From: Candidatus Algichlamydia australiensis
GTDB taxonomy: Bacteria > Chlamydiota > Chlamydiia > Chlamydiales > JAJFMI01
Assembly: GCA_033977065.1 (NCBI GenBank)
Contig: JAXCHI010000003.1
Coordinates: 256,001 to 320,000 of the forward strand
Length of the DNA: 64,000 nucleotides
Direction of reading: 5' to 3'
In this document: positions 28,767-38,143 of the stretch, one piece after another
Numbering within the stretch: position 1 is the first letter of the stretch
Layout: every line of letters begins with the position of its first letter
Position numbers and translations under genes: made by a program
Notes under the pieces: model-generated
What the model was told of the DNA's origin: nothing
Database searches by the model: none
Seen by the model: the letters and a program-made list of their open reading frames with translations, nothing else

Positions 28767-29317
28767 TTAAAATCTTAAGCGGCACACTCCGCGGTCAATC
28801 GATTCGCACTCCTAAAGGCGAATCTACGCGCCCCACCACCCAACTTGTACGCGGCGCCCTCTTTGATATCTGTCAAAATCGCATCCAAGACGCGCACCTA
28901 CTCGACCTCTTTGCTGGCAGCGGAGCGATCGGCATCGAAGCCCTCTCCCGTGGAGCCGCCCACATCACCCTGATTGAAAACAACCGTACCGCTTTTCAGA
29001 CCCTTAAAAGCAACATTGCAACACTCGCCCTTCAAGACCAAACCGAGCTCTACCTTGGAGACGCTTTTAAGCTCATCTCACGCGTTAAAAGACCCTTTGA
29101 CATCATCTATATCGACCCGCCTTATAAAATGAAAAAGGAGCTCTACTTAGAGCTCCTACAGAAACTAGACAAACCACTTTTTCAAAACAGCTGGATCTTT
29201 ATTGAAGAGAATCAAAACCTAGAAAAAGAATTTCAAGATCTCAAGCTTACCCACTTTGCCTGGAAGCGCGTCAAAAGCTACGGCGACACCCATCTCCACC
29301 AGTTTCAAAATGGATAG
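28757..29317 (+). CDS. rsmD: 16S rRNA m2G966 methyltransferase
   Basis: TRPT, LDLFAGSGAIGIEALSRGA, IDPPY, YG.T. Confidence 0.95.
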   Translation: MGLIKILSGTLRGQSIRTPKGESTRPTTQLVRGALFDICQNRIQDAHLLDLFAGSGAIGIEALSRGAAHITLIENNRTAFQTLKSNIATLALQDQTELYLGDAFKLISRVKRPFDIIYIDPPYKMKKELYLELLQKLDKPLFQNSWIFIEENQNLEKEFQDLKLTHFAWKRVKSYGDTHLHQFQNG

Positions 29318-29321
29318 CTGT

Positions 29322-29723
29322 CTATTTTGAAGTAGCAACCTCTGGAGAGGGGGACAACTCTTCAATTCTTGCTCTAAGCTTTGGTGCTAACTCTGCTCGT
29401 TTTGCCGAATCATCTCTTGCTCGGTTCACGTGAACAGCTAGCTGGGATAATTCTCTATCAAGTGCTTTTTTTTGTGCACGATTTGGTGCATTTTTTATTG
29501 CTGCTTTTAATTTTCGGACTAGCTCCTCCTTTAATCCCATTAATTGATCTCGTGATACTGATTGAGTTTGTACCCTTTCAGGAGCGATGGAGTCTGCCTG
29601 CGCTTGAGGCTGCTGACCAACTACTGCAGCTACTGACGACGGCATATTTGGTGCCGCGTCAGCAGGAGGAAGAGCAAAACTGGAAGATTCATGTTTGAAA
29701 TTTGTTTCATCTACTTTCGCCAT
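29322..29723 (-). CDS. Hypothetical protein (T3SS effector-like)
   Basis: SD AGGA; S/P/A/Q-rich disordered N-terminus followed by a helical hairpin. Confidence 0.65.
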   Translation of the reverse strand: MAKVDETNFKHESSSFALPPADAAPNMPSSVAAVVGQQPQAQADSIAPERVQTQSVSRDQLMGLKEELVRKLKAAIKNAPNRAQKKALDRELSQLAVHVNRARDDSAKRAELAPKLRARIEELSPSPEVATSK

Positions 29724-29759
29724 AATAATTTCCTTTTTTAATATTTTAAATTTAATGAA

Positions 29760-30350
29760 TTATAATACAACACCTACAGCCTGCATGCGCTCTTGCCAAG
29801 TAGAGAGTTGCGTAATCTCCTCTTCAAGAAACCGGATTAGAGCCTCTTCCATCTTAGTGTAAACGCGAAACTGTTCTGGTGTATCAACTCCTCTTATCTG
29901 TTGTAATGAGCTCTGCAACGCCTCTTTCACTTCTCGATCACTTCCTGGATTCTTTCCTAGAAGTTTAAAAAATAGCTTTGTAATAAAACCTTTTATCCCT
30001 CTTACATGATAAACATTAAGGTATTTGTCGATTTTAAGGCTTTTGTCTTTCTTGAGCCTTTTCATCTTTTTAAACAGAGAATTCACCTGCTTGTCTAGGA
30101 TGCGCTCTAACTTGAAAACCTTCTGATTCGCAACCATAAACGTCTCATAATCTGTTCCATTCTTAAAAGTTACAACCGGAGACAAATAATCATAAAGCAT
30201 AGGGAGTTTGTCCGGTCTTTGCTGCAGAAGTTCCTGAGCTCTTATAAGCAACCCTTCATAACGCGATTCACATCTCTTCAAATTTTCTGCGATTCTATTA
30301 GTATCCAGCTGCTGAAGCTCTTCCCAAGTAATAGTGTTTAGACAGACCAT
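29760..30350 (-). CDS. Hypothetical helical protein
   Basis: 196-aa ORF with very AT-rich upstream region; coiled-coil character. Confidence 0.65.
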   Translation of the reverse strand: MVCLNTITWEELQQLDTNRIAENLKRCESRYEGLLIRAQELLQQRPDKLPMLYDYLSPVVTFKNGTDYETFMVANQKVFKLERILDKQVNSLFKKMKRLKKDKSLKIDKYLNVYHVRGIKGFITKLFFKLLGKNPGSDREVKEALQSSLQQIRGVDTPEQFRVYTKMEEALIRFLEEEITQLSTWQERMQAVGVVL

Positions 30351-30441
30351 ATCTATTTATTAAATTATTAATTATATATTTATTATACATTAATAATTTT
30401 TAAATGTATATAAATTGATTTAACAATTGACAATTAGATAC

Positions 30442-31818
30442 TTAAGAATGATCACTGAAAAGGAAAAAGAGGAATAGAGGGTCAGCAAAAGTATACTCAA
30501 TGCCATTTAGCTCTAGGGAACCGCGCTTATAAAGGTCTTTTATCTCACTCAAAACCAGGGGGATAACCCCCTCAACACCTTCAGATGGATCTACAGGAAT
30601 AGTATCATCAAATTCACCAACTTTAGCCAAATAAACGGGGTAAGTCTCTAAGGTAGAAATATCTAGACCCGTATGGGAAAGTCCTAGATACTGAATAGAG
30701 TGAATAGGCCTGCGCAGCTCTTCTTCAGCCTCACGAGCAGCGCATTCAGCAAAACTTTCTCCCAGCTCCCTAGCTCCTTTGGCACACTCGGCCTCATACT
30801 CATGTGTAGAGACGCGATAGATTCCTAAGAAAAGAAATTTTCCCTCTTTATCTTGAGCAACAATAGCTGCTCCGGGGTGATTTTGCATCTTAAGAATAGG
30901 TGTTTGAATGATCTCATTTTTTAATCCCAAACTTCCGTCAGCAAAACGCATCGGAAAACGCACCCAAGTCAACCTTGGATCCTGATAAATCACACCTGCG
31001 CGGTAATCTTCTTGCTGGATATTTGCTTCGCCAAATTCTTGAATGAAGCGCTCTCTCTCATAGCTCTCAGCAAGAAGAATCTCTTCTGGATCGCGCAGCA
31101 AATGCCCGTTTTCTGGATCAAAAAGTTTTGGATGCAAATTAAGAAATTCAATGTATGTCTCGATACGCCCATCATCTTCCAAAATTGCTTTTGGCATTAG
31201 CACCGAAGGTTTTTTAAAAGTAATCTCAAAAGTATCACCCCCATCTCCAATCGCTTCCTGCAACAGTCCTAAATAGATACTGGCATCCTTGCAGATCACT
31301 CCCTCAAACTTTTGTTCCCTTGCCAATTTACGCAGTAACCCGGGAGAAACCTTCAAATAACCAATCGCATCTTTGGGAAGAGGTGGCAAATCCTCTACCC
31401 CACAAATGTCCTTGCGATAGCAGGGACGTGTACCATTAAGCATCCCTGTTTCTAAATGTAAATTACCGAGAAACTCATCACCCACTTCCTTTGAAAGAGG
31501 TGCCCGCACAGCCCTCTCTCCCGTGAACTCTTGAATAAGCGTGAGATAAACATTCCCTTGCTCATCAACTGGAATTAAACTGCAATACTGCCGCTTTAAA
31601 AGGATGCGTTTATAGAGACCGTAGACCCCATTTTCAAAATCGACAGGGTCGTAAACAATTTGCATGTAAGGATCTTCAGCACGCACACCAACTCTGGAGT
31701 AAGCATCTGCCTGCTCAAAACCTCTTTTTTGCCAAAACTGGTATTCCGCCTGTTCAGCTTTAACAATTTCAGCTGGTTCAGTTAACAAAGTAAGAGCTAA
31801 AAAAGCGAACAATTGCAA
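30442..31818 (-). CDS. Nudix hydrolase domain protein with long N-terminal extension
   Basis: C-terminal PGAAIV...YR...ECAKGARELGESFAECAAREAEEEL Nudix box (ADP-ribose pyrophosphatase-like layout); hydrophobic N-terminus. Confidence 0.75.
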   Translation of the reverse strand: MQLFAFLALTLLTEPAEIVKAEQAEYQFWQKRGFEQADAYSRVGVRAEDPYMQIVYDPVDFENGVYGLYKRILLKRQYCSLIPVDEQGNVYLTLIQEFTGERAVRAPLSKEVGDEFLGNLHLETGMLNGTRPCYRKDICGVEDLPPLPKDAIGYLKVSPGLLRKLAREQKFEGVICKDASIYLGLLQEAIGDGGDTFEITFKKPSVLMPKAILEDDGRIETYIEFLNLHPKLFDPENGHLLRDPEEILLAESYERERFIQEFGEANIQQEDYRAGVIYQDPRLTWVRFPMRFADGSLGLKNEIIQTPILKMQNHPGAAIVAQDKEGKFLFLGIYRVSTHEYEAECAKGARELGESFAECAAREAEEELRRPIHSIQYLGLSHTGLDISTLETYPVYLAKVGEFDDTIPVDPSEGVEGVIPLVLSEIKDLYKRGSLELNGIEYTFADPLFLFFLFSDHS

Positions 31819-31869
31819 ATCCTTGCCGCGTTAAGCGGCATAGCGGGTTCTTATCGCAAAGCAAAATTG

Positions 31870-31919
31870 AAAAACGGCCGCCACGACAGTATAGATAATA
31901 CGGCGTGGCGGCCGTTTTT
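31870..31919 (-). terminator. Strong GC-rich hairpin with T/A tracts (terminator, core of a longer stem-loop)
   Basis: Perfect 16-bp IR AAAAACGGCCGCCACG / CGTGGCGGCCGTTTTT downstream of the MORN-repeat gene. Confidence 0.65.
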
Positions 31920-31956
31920 TGATTTGGCGCAGCGAGAAGGAGCCGAAAATAAAAAA

Positions 31957-34551
31957 CTATCCCAGCTTCTTCCCAGCACGAAACTCTGTTTCAATACACA
32001 CACCCTCCTTATCGAAGGCTCTCTTCTTACCATCCAACTGATCATTCACAAAATACTGTAGAATATGAGGTCTACCATCTTGGAAATACTTGTTAAACTT
32101 CCCATGCCGCTTGCCCAGCTCATACTCCGCTTCAAAGACGAGGATACCATCGGAGTTCCACTCCTGAACAAGACCATGCAACTTTCCTTCCTCATAAGGA
32201 TAGACACTAGCTAAATTCCCATCAGGATTGTAAGTGCGCTCCTCGCCAACTTGCAGATCATTTTCAAAATAGCCCTCTTTATAAGTCTTGCCATTAGGAT
32301 AAAACTGTTTGGAGGGTCCTTCGCGTTTACCAGCAACAACATTTGTGGAAAGAATGAGTTTGCCTGCTTTATCAAAAAGCTTGGCTACTCCCTCTTTTTG
32401 CCCATTGACAAATGGCGTAATCGCCATCAAGGTTCCATCAGGCCCGTGCTCTTCTAAATCGCCATGAAGCTGGTTATTTTTATAAGTAGCAGAGAGTGCT
32501 AGAACTTTGCCATGCGTCTCATTCTCAGGGAAATAAATTTTGTAGGGTCCTTCGCGACGATTCTCCTTAAATGAGAGAATAACTTCTCGTCCATCGCGCT
32601 CTTTTCTAAAAAAGCGCCCTTCTAATTTCCCATTGGTGTAGTTTGCTTCTTCAAGAAGATCCCCCTTCTCATCCCAAAGAGCTTTCATTCCATTCAAGTC
32701 TCCATGAATGTAAGAAATCGTAGACTGCAAGTGACCCGTATTAAAGTAAGTCTCTTGCACACCGTGGTACTTTCCCTCGTTATCATAGCGCATAACACGC
32801 GAAGCGAGGGGCTTTCCCTTTTCTAAAAGCTGCTCGGGTGCAAAAAACTCGCGGTGCTCTCCCACAGGCTGTCCCTTAACAAAATTTCTTGAAGAACTTA
32901 GAGAGCCATCTTCATAAAAACTTTTTACATCCCCAATTAAGGCACCCGCATCGTATTTCGCTTCTGTTTTTAAGAGGCCATTATCAAAATATTCTTTATA
33001 TGGTCCTTCTCGTTTACCATTATTAAAAGTAACTTTTTCCTTCAAATTTCCGTTGAAGTGGTAAGAGAGAAGCGCCCCTTCAGGTTCATCATTTTTATAC
33101 GTTGCATCAAAGAGAAGAACATTTTCATTAGAGAAGAGTTTATAAACGCCCTCACGCTTACCATTGGCAAAAGATCCAGTCATGGCAAGGGTGCCATTTT
33201 CAAACCACTCTTGATGTAAGCCATCTGGGTTGCCATTTTTATAATTCTTCTTACTCTTCATCTGGCCATTTGGGTACCACTCTGTTGCGAGGCCATGATT
33301 TCTGCCCTCCACCATCTCAAAGTGAAGCTCTTGTTGCCCCTCTTCAAACCAGCGCTCAAACGTGCCATGCTGTTTTTGGTTGCGGTAGAATCCAACTGCT
33401 TTTAGCTCACCCGAAGAGAAATATTCTCTCTGCTCACCTTCAAACTCCCCTACATCATAGCGCAAATCGGAAGCGAGTTTGCCATTATCATACCAACGTT
33501 TTACCTCTCCATGGAGTTTTCCATCCTTCATGAGATATTGAGCAGTTTTCACTCCCGCTTCATTGAACTCGACAATCGGCTCTTTTAGCTCGCCCCTCTT
33601 GTCGTAAATCGCAGTGAATGAGAGCTGTCCATTTTCATGTTTACGCCAGTGCTTGCCAACTGCTTTACCATTTTCAAATTTTCCACTACCCAAAAGCTTA
33701 CCATCTGGACCGTAAGTCAACTCTTTGCCACTTGGCTCTCCATTGACATAACTTAAACGATAGCTTTCTCGGCCATCCTCAAAATAGCGGACATGGGTAC
33801 CGACGGGTTTCCCATCTTTAAAGTCTTGCAATTCAGCAATTTTGCGCGAAGGATGGTAAAAAATTGTGGCCGACTCACTCCCTTCGCTATGCAGCTTACC
33901 ATTTACAAAGTTACGCTGTGATTTTAGAGCACCGTTCTCATGCCAAGCTAAAACTCTGCCATGCGGCTTGCCCTCAACGTAGGGAAGCACCTGGGCGCGA
34001 TCTCCATTCTCATAGTAAAGAGTTAAATCACCAGAAAGCAGACCATCAACATAATTGCCCTCGCGTGAAACCGCACCGTTCTCATAATAAACTACAATCT
34101 TTCCATGCGGCTTGCCCTCTTTGTAGCAGAGTTCTTGGCGTACATTTGCGCCAGGGAAATAACTTTTCATCGGGCCGTGCAAAATTCCCTCTTTCAAATG
34201 GGACATCTGCTTGACTTCGCCATTGGCATCAAACTCAACAAAAACACCGTGAGGCACAACGCGATCGTTCCACTGCGCAAAACCGGGACTCCCTTCAGCA
34301 ACTAAAGTCAAGTCACACTCTTCTGAAAGACGCCCATTCGCATGATAGCGCATTCTTTTAACTGCAACATCCTGACCATCTTCTAACTCAACGGTAAAAA
34401 CAAGAGTTTTGGGAGCGCCATTTGGATATTGCTCAACCACCTTTGGTCGCCATTCGGGTTGGCGAGACATCAGTTCTGTTGCAACGGGAAGAACCTCCTC
34501 CGCCTGAAGAGCAGCAAAGAGAAAGGCAAAAGCAAAAAATATTTTACGCAT
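31957..34551 (-). CDS. Exported MORN2-repeat (YwqK-like) protein
   Basis: Signal peptide MRKIFFAFAFLFAALQA; dozens of GxxxxYYxNGxLxxxxxYxxG repeats. Confidence 0.92.
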   Translation of the reverse strand: MRKIFFAFAFLFAALQAEEVLPVATELMSRQPEWRPKVVEQYPNGAPKTLVFTVELEDGQDVAVKRMRYHANGRLSEECDLTLVAEGSPGFAQWNDRVVPHGVFVEFDANGEVKQMSHLKEGILHGPMKSYFPGANVRQELCYKEGKPHGKIVVYYENGAVSREGNYVDGLLSGDLTLYYENGDRAQVLPYVEGKPHGRVLAWHENGALKSQRNFVNGKLHSEGSESATIFYHPSRKIAELQDFKDGKPVGTHVRYFEDGRESYRLSYVNGEPSGKELTYGPDGKLLGSGKFENGKAVGKHWRKHENGQLSFTAIYDKRGELKEPIVEFNEAGVKTAQYLMKDGKLHGEVKRWYDNGKLASDLRYDVGEFEGEQREYFSSGELKAVGFYRNQKQHGTFERWFEEGQQELHFEMVEGRNHGLATEWYPNGQMKSKKNYKNGNPDGLHQEWFENGTLAMTGSFANGKREGVYKLFSNENVLLFDATYKNDEPEGALLSYHFNGNLKEKVTFNNGKREGPYKEYFDNGLLKTEAKYDAGALIGDVKSFYEDGSLSSSRNFVKGQPVGEHREFFAPEQLLEKGKPLASRVMRYDNEGKYHGVQETYFNTGHLQSTISYIHGDLNGMKALWDEKGDLLEEANYTNGKLEGRFFRKERDGREVILSFKENRREGPYKIYFPENETHGKVLALSATYKNNQLHGDLEEHGPDGTLMAITPFVNGQKEGVAKLFDKAGKLILSTNVVAGKREGPSKQFYPNGKTYKEGYFENDLQVGEERTYNPDGNLASVYPYEEGKLHGLVQEWNSDGILVFEAEYELGKRHGKFNKYFQDGRPHILQYFVNDQLDGKKRAFDKEGVCIETEFRAGKKLG

Positions 34552-34590
34552 GAAAAAACCTGATTTAAACTTCCCCCTAGAATAGGGCTT

Positions 34591-34974
34591 TTAGACTTTT
34601 TTTTGAAGAAGATCGTGAACTCGCACATCAGGACCAAATCCATTGCCCGCAAAGTTCAATATCTCTTCTTCATTTATCAGATTGAGGTGAGGAAAATTTT
34701 TTATAACTTTTTTTTGAATACCAGGTTCATCTGTTGATCGGATGAGCTGTAATCCCTCTCTTGTTTGAGTAAGAGAGAGGGTAATATCTGCTTGATAGCT
34801 GCGCGAAAGATTGCGCGCAAGTCGGATCTCTCTTTTCAAATTTGCAAGTTCACTATCTGCGCGATGCTTGGATAGAAGGGCTCCCGACTTGATGGCAAGA
34901 AACCCTCCCATCATCGCCATTAAAGCGATGCAGATCATCACTTCAATGAGGGTAAACGAATATTTGCGCTTCAC
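34591..34974 (-). CDS. Minor pseudopilin (prepilin-type N-terminus)
   Basis: KRKYS|FTLIEVMICIAL; GTGA overlap with the upstream pseudopilin. Confidence 0.85.
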   Translation of the reverse strand: MKRKYSFTLIEVMICIALMAMMGGFLAIKSGALLSKHRADSELANLKREIRLARNLSRSYQADITLSLTQTREGLQLIRSTDEPGIQKKVIKNFPHLNLINEEEILNFAGNGFGPDVRVHDLLQKKV

Positions 34975-35375
34975 TGCTTCAGCGGCTGCATAAAGGATTC
35001 GAGTTCTATATTTTTCTTTCTAGCGTACTCATCGTACTTAGTTGAGTGCACGCGAATATCTTCGTTATTGCAGGTAATTTCATACTCGCTACCCCAACCA
35101 TCTCTCATGAGCTGATCTGCTTTCCGCACAAGTCCTGAGTTTTCAATAATTCTTACCACTTCATCTTTGTTACGAATTTGCTCCAGGGTGCAGTTCCCCT
35201 GCGCATACTCCATTGTGAGGATCTCATAGATCTGACGACTTCCCTGCGCGGATTTAAAGGCTTTGCCCTTTTCCATGGAGCCTTTCATATTGACACCCAA
35301 GACGCCGACGATGGTTGTGATGATAAAGATCACGATCATGATCTCCATTAGGGTCATTGCAAAACGTTTCTTCAT
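34971..35375 (-). CDS. gspG: Major pseudopilin, GspG-like
   Basis: KKRFA|MTLMEIMIVIFII; DGWGSEY motif (GspG DPWG-like); directly after gspF. Confidence 0.8.
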   Translation of the reverse strand: MKKRFAMTLMEIMIVIFIITTIVGVLGVNMKGSMEKGKAFKSAQGSRQIYEILTMEYAQGNCTLEQIRNKDEVVRIIENSGLVRKADQLMRDGWGSEYEITCNNEDIRVHSTKYDEYARKKNIELESFMQPLKQ

Positions 35376-35384
35376 AAAAAATCC

Positions 35385-36569
35385 TTACATAAATGATTGC
35401 ATATCGGTTAGTGGGAGAAGAACAGCAAGCACGATCAAGCCGACAATCAGGCCCAAAAAGAGCATCATGACAGGCTGTAAAAGTGCGGTAAACCGCGCAA
35501 GATTCCTCTCTAAATTTTCTTCGTAAATTGCGGCGATGTTGCCAAGGGCTGCTGCTGAACTTCCCGTCTCTTCAGCAATAGCTAGCATGCGCGCTACAAG
35601 TGGTGGCATAAGTTTTGAGGAGCCCAGAGACTCTGAAATTTTCTTTCCCTCTACCATTTTACCTTCTGCCTCTTCGATCAACTCTTCAAAAAGCGGATGG
35701 CCCATCACTTTTCTCGAGAGCCTAAGCGCTTTAACCATTGAGACTCCATTTGTTAAAAGACTTGCCATAGCACGACAAAAGCGGATCAGCACAGCTTCTG
35801 TGATGATGGTGCTGACTACAGGTGTGCGAAGTAAAAAACTTTGTAATGAACGCTTATTTTCAGGGCGTTTCATTAAGAGACAAATCGAGACTACAGCTGT
35901 AGCTAAGAGAGTCCCTAGGATAAGCTTGTAAGCGCGTAAGAAGTGGGAAAGCCCTAAAATAAATGCTGTCAGGGGGTGCAATTGGCGGTCTTCAAAAAGC
36001 TGCTCCAAAGAAGGAATTAAAAAGAAGAGCAGTGCAGAGAGGACAAGCAGACAGAAAGAGCCCAAAAATGCGGGGTAGAACATGGCAGATCCAATCTGTT
36101 TTTTAAGTTTCTGCTGACGTGTAAGAAAGCTTGAAAGCTCTTCAAAAACATTTTCAATTGCACCCGATTCTTCCGCTGCCGCGACCATGGAAACATAGAG
36201 AGAAGAAAAACTTTTTTTATATTTTTCCATGGCAGTTGAAAGGGAACTTCCCTGTTTGACTTGATCAGCTAAGTCAAGTAAGACTCCATGACACTTTTGG
36301 CCGCGGTACTTCTCTTCAACGGTAGCTAGGCTCTCATAAAGAGGAAGTCCTGCGCGTAAAAGACCACACATATCGCGTGTGAAATCAAGAAGTTGCGCAG
36401 GTTTTAGATGGTGGCTTTTTTTCTGCACACGCTCATACTGCGAGAGCTTTGTGACAAGAATTTTCTGCTTAAGCAGTCTCTCTTTAGCACTACCCAAACT
36501 ATCAGCATCAATGATTCCTTTGATTTTCTTGCCACTCGAAGCTAAGGCTGTGTATTGATAAAGAGACAT
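35385..36569 (-). CDS. gspF: Type II secretion inner-membrane platform protein
   Basis: YQYTAL..SGK...G.I.ADS, L.AGLPL, AEESG, AMFYP, AEETG, LLQP. Confidence 0.93.
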   Translation of the reverse strand: MSLYQYTALASSGKKIKGIIDADSLGSAKERLLKQKILVTKLSQYERVQKKSHHLKPAQLLDFTRDMCGLLRAGLPLYESLATVEEKYRGQKCHGVLLDLADQVKQGSSLSTAMEKYKKSFSSLYVSMVAAAEESGAIENVFEELSSFLTRQQKLKKQIGSAMFYPAFLGSFCLLVLSALLFFLIPSLEQLFEDRQLHPLTAFILGLSHFLRAYKLILGTLLATAVVSICLLMKRPENKRSLQSFLLRTPVVSTIITEAVLIRFCRAMASLLTNGVSMVKALRLSRKVMGHPLFEELIEEAEGKMVEGKKISESLGSSKLMPPLVARMLAIAEETGSSAAALGNIAAIYEENLERNLARFTALLQPVMMLFLGLIVGLIVLAVLLPLTDMQSFM

Positions 36570-38143
36570 TAGTCGACCTCTATGCCTCGGGTGACACGCA
36601 ACACTTCTGCAATAGAGGTTACGCCCTCTTCAATAAGTTTAATACCTGACTCACGTAGCGTTGCCATGCCGCCTTCGCGAGCAACGCGCATCAAATCACT
36701 GCTATCAGCGGAGTGCATCATCTGTTTTTTAATCGCCCCTGTTAGGTGCATCAGCTCAAAAATACCGCGCCTGCCCTTATAGCCAGAGTGGAAACACTCG
36801 TTGCAACCGCGCGGTTTATAGACCATTTTACCGTCGATGGGGCAGTGTAGATCTGCCAACTCTTCTTTTGAAGGGAAGTAGCTCTCCTTACAAAAAGGAC
36901 AGAGCGTGCGTACCAATCGCTGCGCGAGCACTCCCAAAATTGAGGAGGAGAGAAGGTAGGGCTCTATTCCCATATCGATCATCCGTGTGAGTGCTGACGG
37001 CGCATCATTTGTATGCAAAGTGCTTAAAACAAGATGACCTGTAAGTGAAGATTGAATCGCAATTTCTGCTGTCTCTTTATCGCGAATCTCCCCAATCATG
37101 ATGATGTCGGGATCTTGGCGCAAAATATGTCTAAGACCGCGTGCAAAACTGAGAGAAATTTTATGATTGACTCCGATCTGTGCCATACCGGGAAGTTTGA
37201 ATTCAACCGGGTCTTCAATGGTCATGATGTTCACATCTTCTGAGTTTACATCAGAGAGTGCGCTGTAGAGTGTGGTGGTCTTACCACTCCCCGTAGGTCC
37301 TGTAACTAAAACAATTCCTTGGCTTTGACGAGTTAAGCGCTGAAAATTTTTCACAAAAGTTTCGGGCATCTGGATTTTATCCAAGCCAAGAACAATATTG
37401 CCCTTATCCAGAATTCGCAATACAACACGCTCACCATAGACGATTGGCACAGTTGAGACACGAAAATCAATTTCACGTCCCGCCATATGCAGTTTGATCC
37501 GTCCATCTTGTGGCAAGCGATGTTCTGCAATATCTAGCTTGGCCATCACTTTTATGCGTGTGATGAGCTGTCCCTGCAAATCGCGCGGGGGTGTATGGCG
37601 CTTTTGCAGCACCCCGTCAATACGGTAGCGCACAACAAGTCCCTTTTCCTGGGGTTCAAAATGAATGTCTGAAGCGCCTTGCTTGATTGCTTCTGTGAGC
37701 ATCATGTTGAGCATGCGAATAACAGGCGAGGCGGTATCACTTGCAAGAAGGTCATACTCTTCATCAGACTCATCTAGCTTCTCATCTTCTTGCAGGGTTG
37801 CAAGATAGGCAGAGGCCTCTCCTTCACCTTGGTGATAGCATTGTTCAATAGCAGAGATAAGAAGCTCTTCTTCGCAAAAAACTTCTTCGATAGGACCGCC
37901 AATAAGCAGGCGTGCCTGCTCAAGAATAGCAAAATCGAGAGGTGAAGCAAATGCAACCTGGACAACACCCTCTTTTTCCGAAAGCGCCAAGGCAAGTTTT
38001 TCCTTTGCAAAGGCGTAGGGCAAGAGCCGATTTTGCTCTTTTACAAAAGGAGCATTCTGGGGGCAGGCGATCGTGGTGATGCCAAATTTTTCGGCAAGTT
38101 CGCTACTGTCGGTAGATGGGGGAAGCATTGCACGGGTCTCCAT
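36569..38143 (-). CDS. gspE: Type II secretion ATPase
   Basis: ASDIHFEP, RLPQDGR, GPTGSGKTTTLY, TIEDPVE, LRQDPD, TLHTNDA, CxxC pairs. Start uncertain (38128-38209). Confidence 0.96.
   Translation of the reverse strand: METRAMLPPSTDSSELAEKFGITTIACPQNAPFVKEQNRLLPYAFAKEKLALALSEKEGVVQVAFASPLDFAILEQARLLIGGPIEEVFCEEELLISAIEQCYHQGEGEASAYLATLQEDEKLDESDEEYDLLASDTASPVIRMLNMMLTEAIKQGASDIHFEPQEKGLVVRYRIDGVLQKRHTPPRDLQGQLITRIKVMAKLDIAEHRLPQDGRIKLHMAGREIDFRVSTVPIVYGERVVLRILDKGNIVLGLDKIQMPETFVKNFQRLTRQSQGIVLVTGPTGSGKTTTLYSALSDVNSEDVNIMTIEDPVEFKLPGMAQIGVNHKISLSFARGLRHILRQDPDIIMIGEIRDKETAEIAIQSSLTGHLVLSTLHTNDAPSALTRMIDMGIEPYLLSSSILGVLAQRLVRTLCPFCKESYFPSKEELADLHCPIDGKMVYKPRGCNECFHSGYKGRRGIFELMHLTGAIKKQMMHSADSSDLMRVAREGGMATLRESGIKLIEEGVTSIAEVLRVTRGIEVD

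Noticed and set aside
31957..34551. YwqK antitoxin of a toxin-antitoxin system
   Set aside because: The similarity reflects MORN2 repeats only; the protein has a signal peptide and no adjacent toxin.
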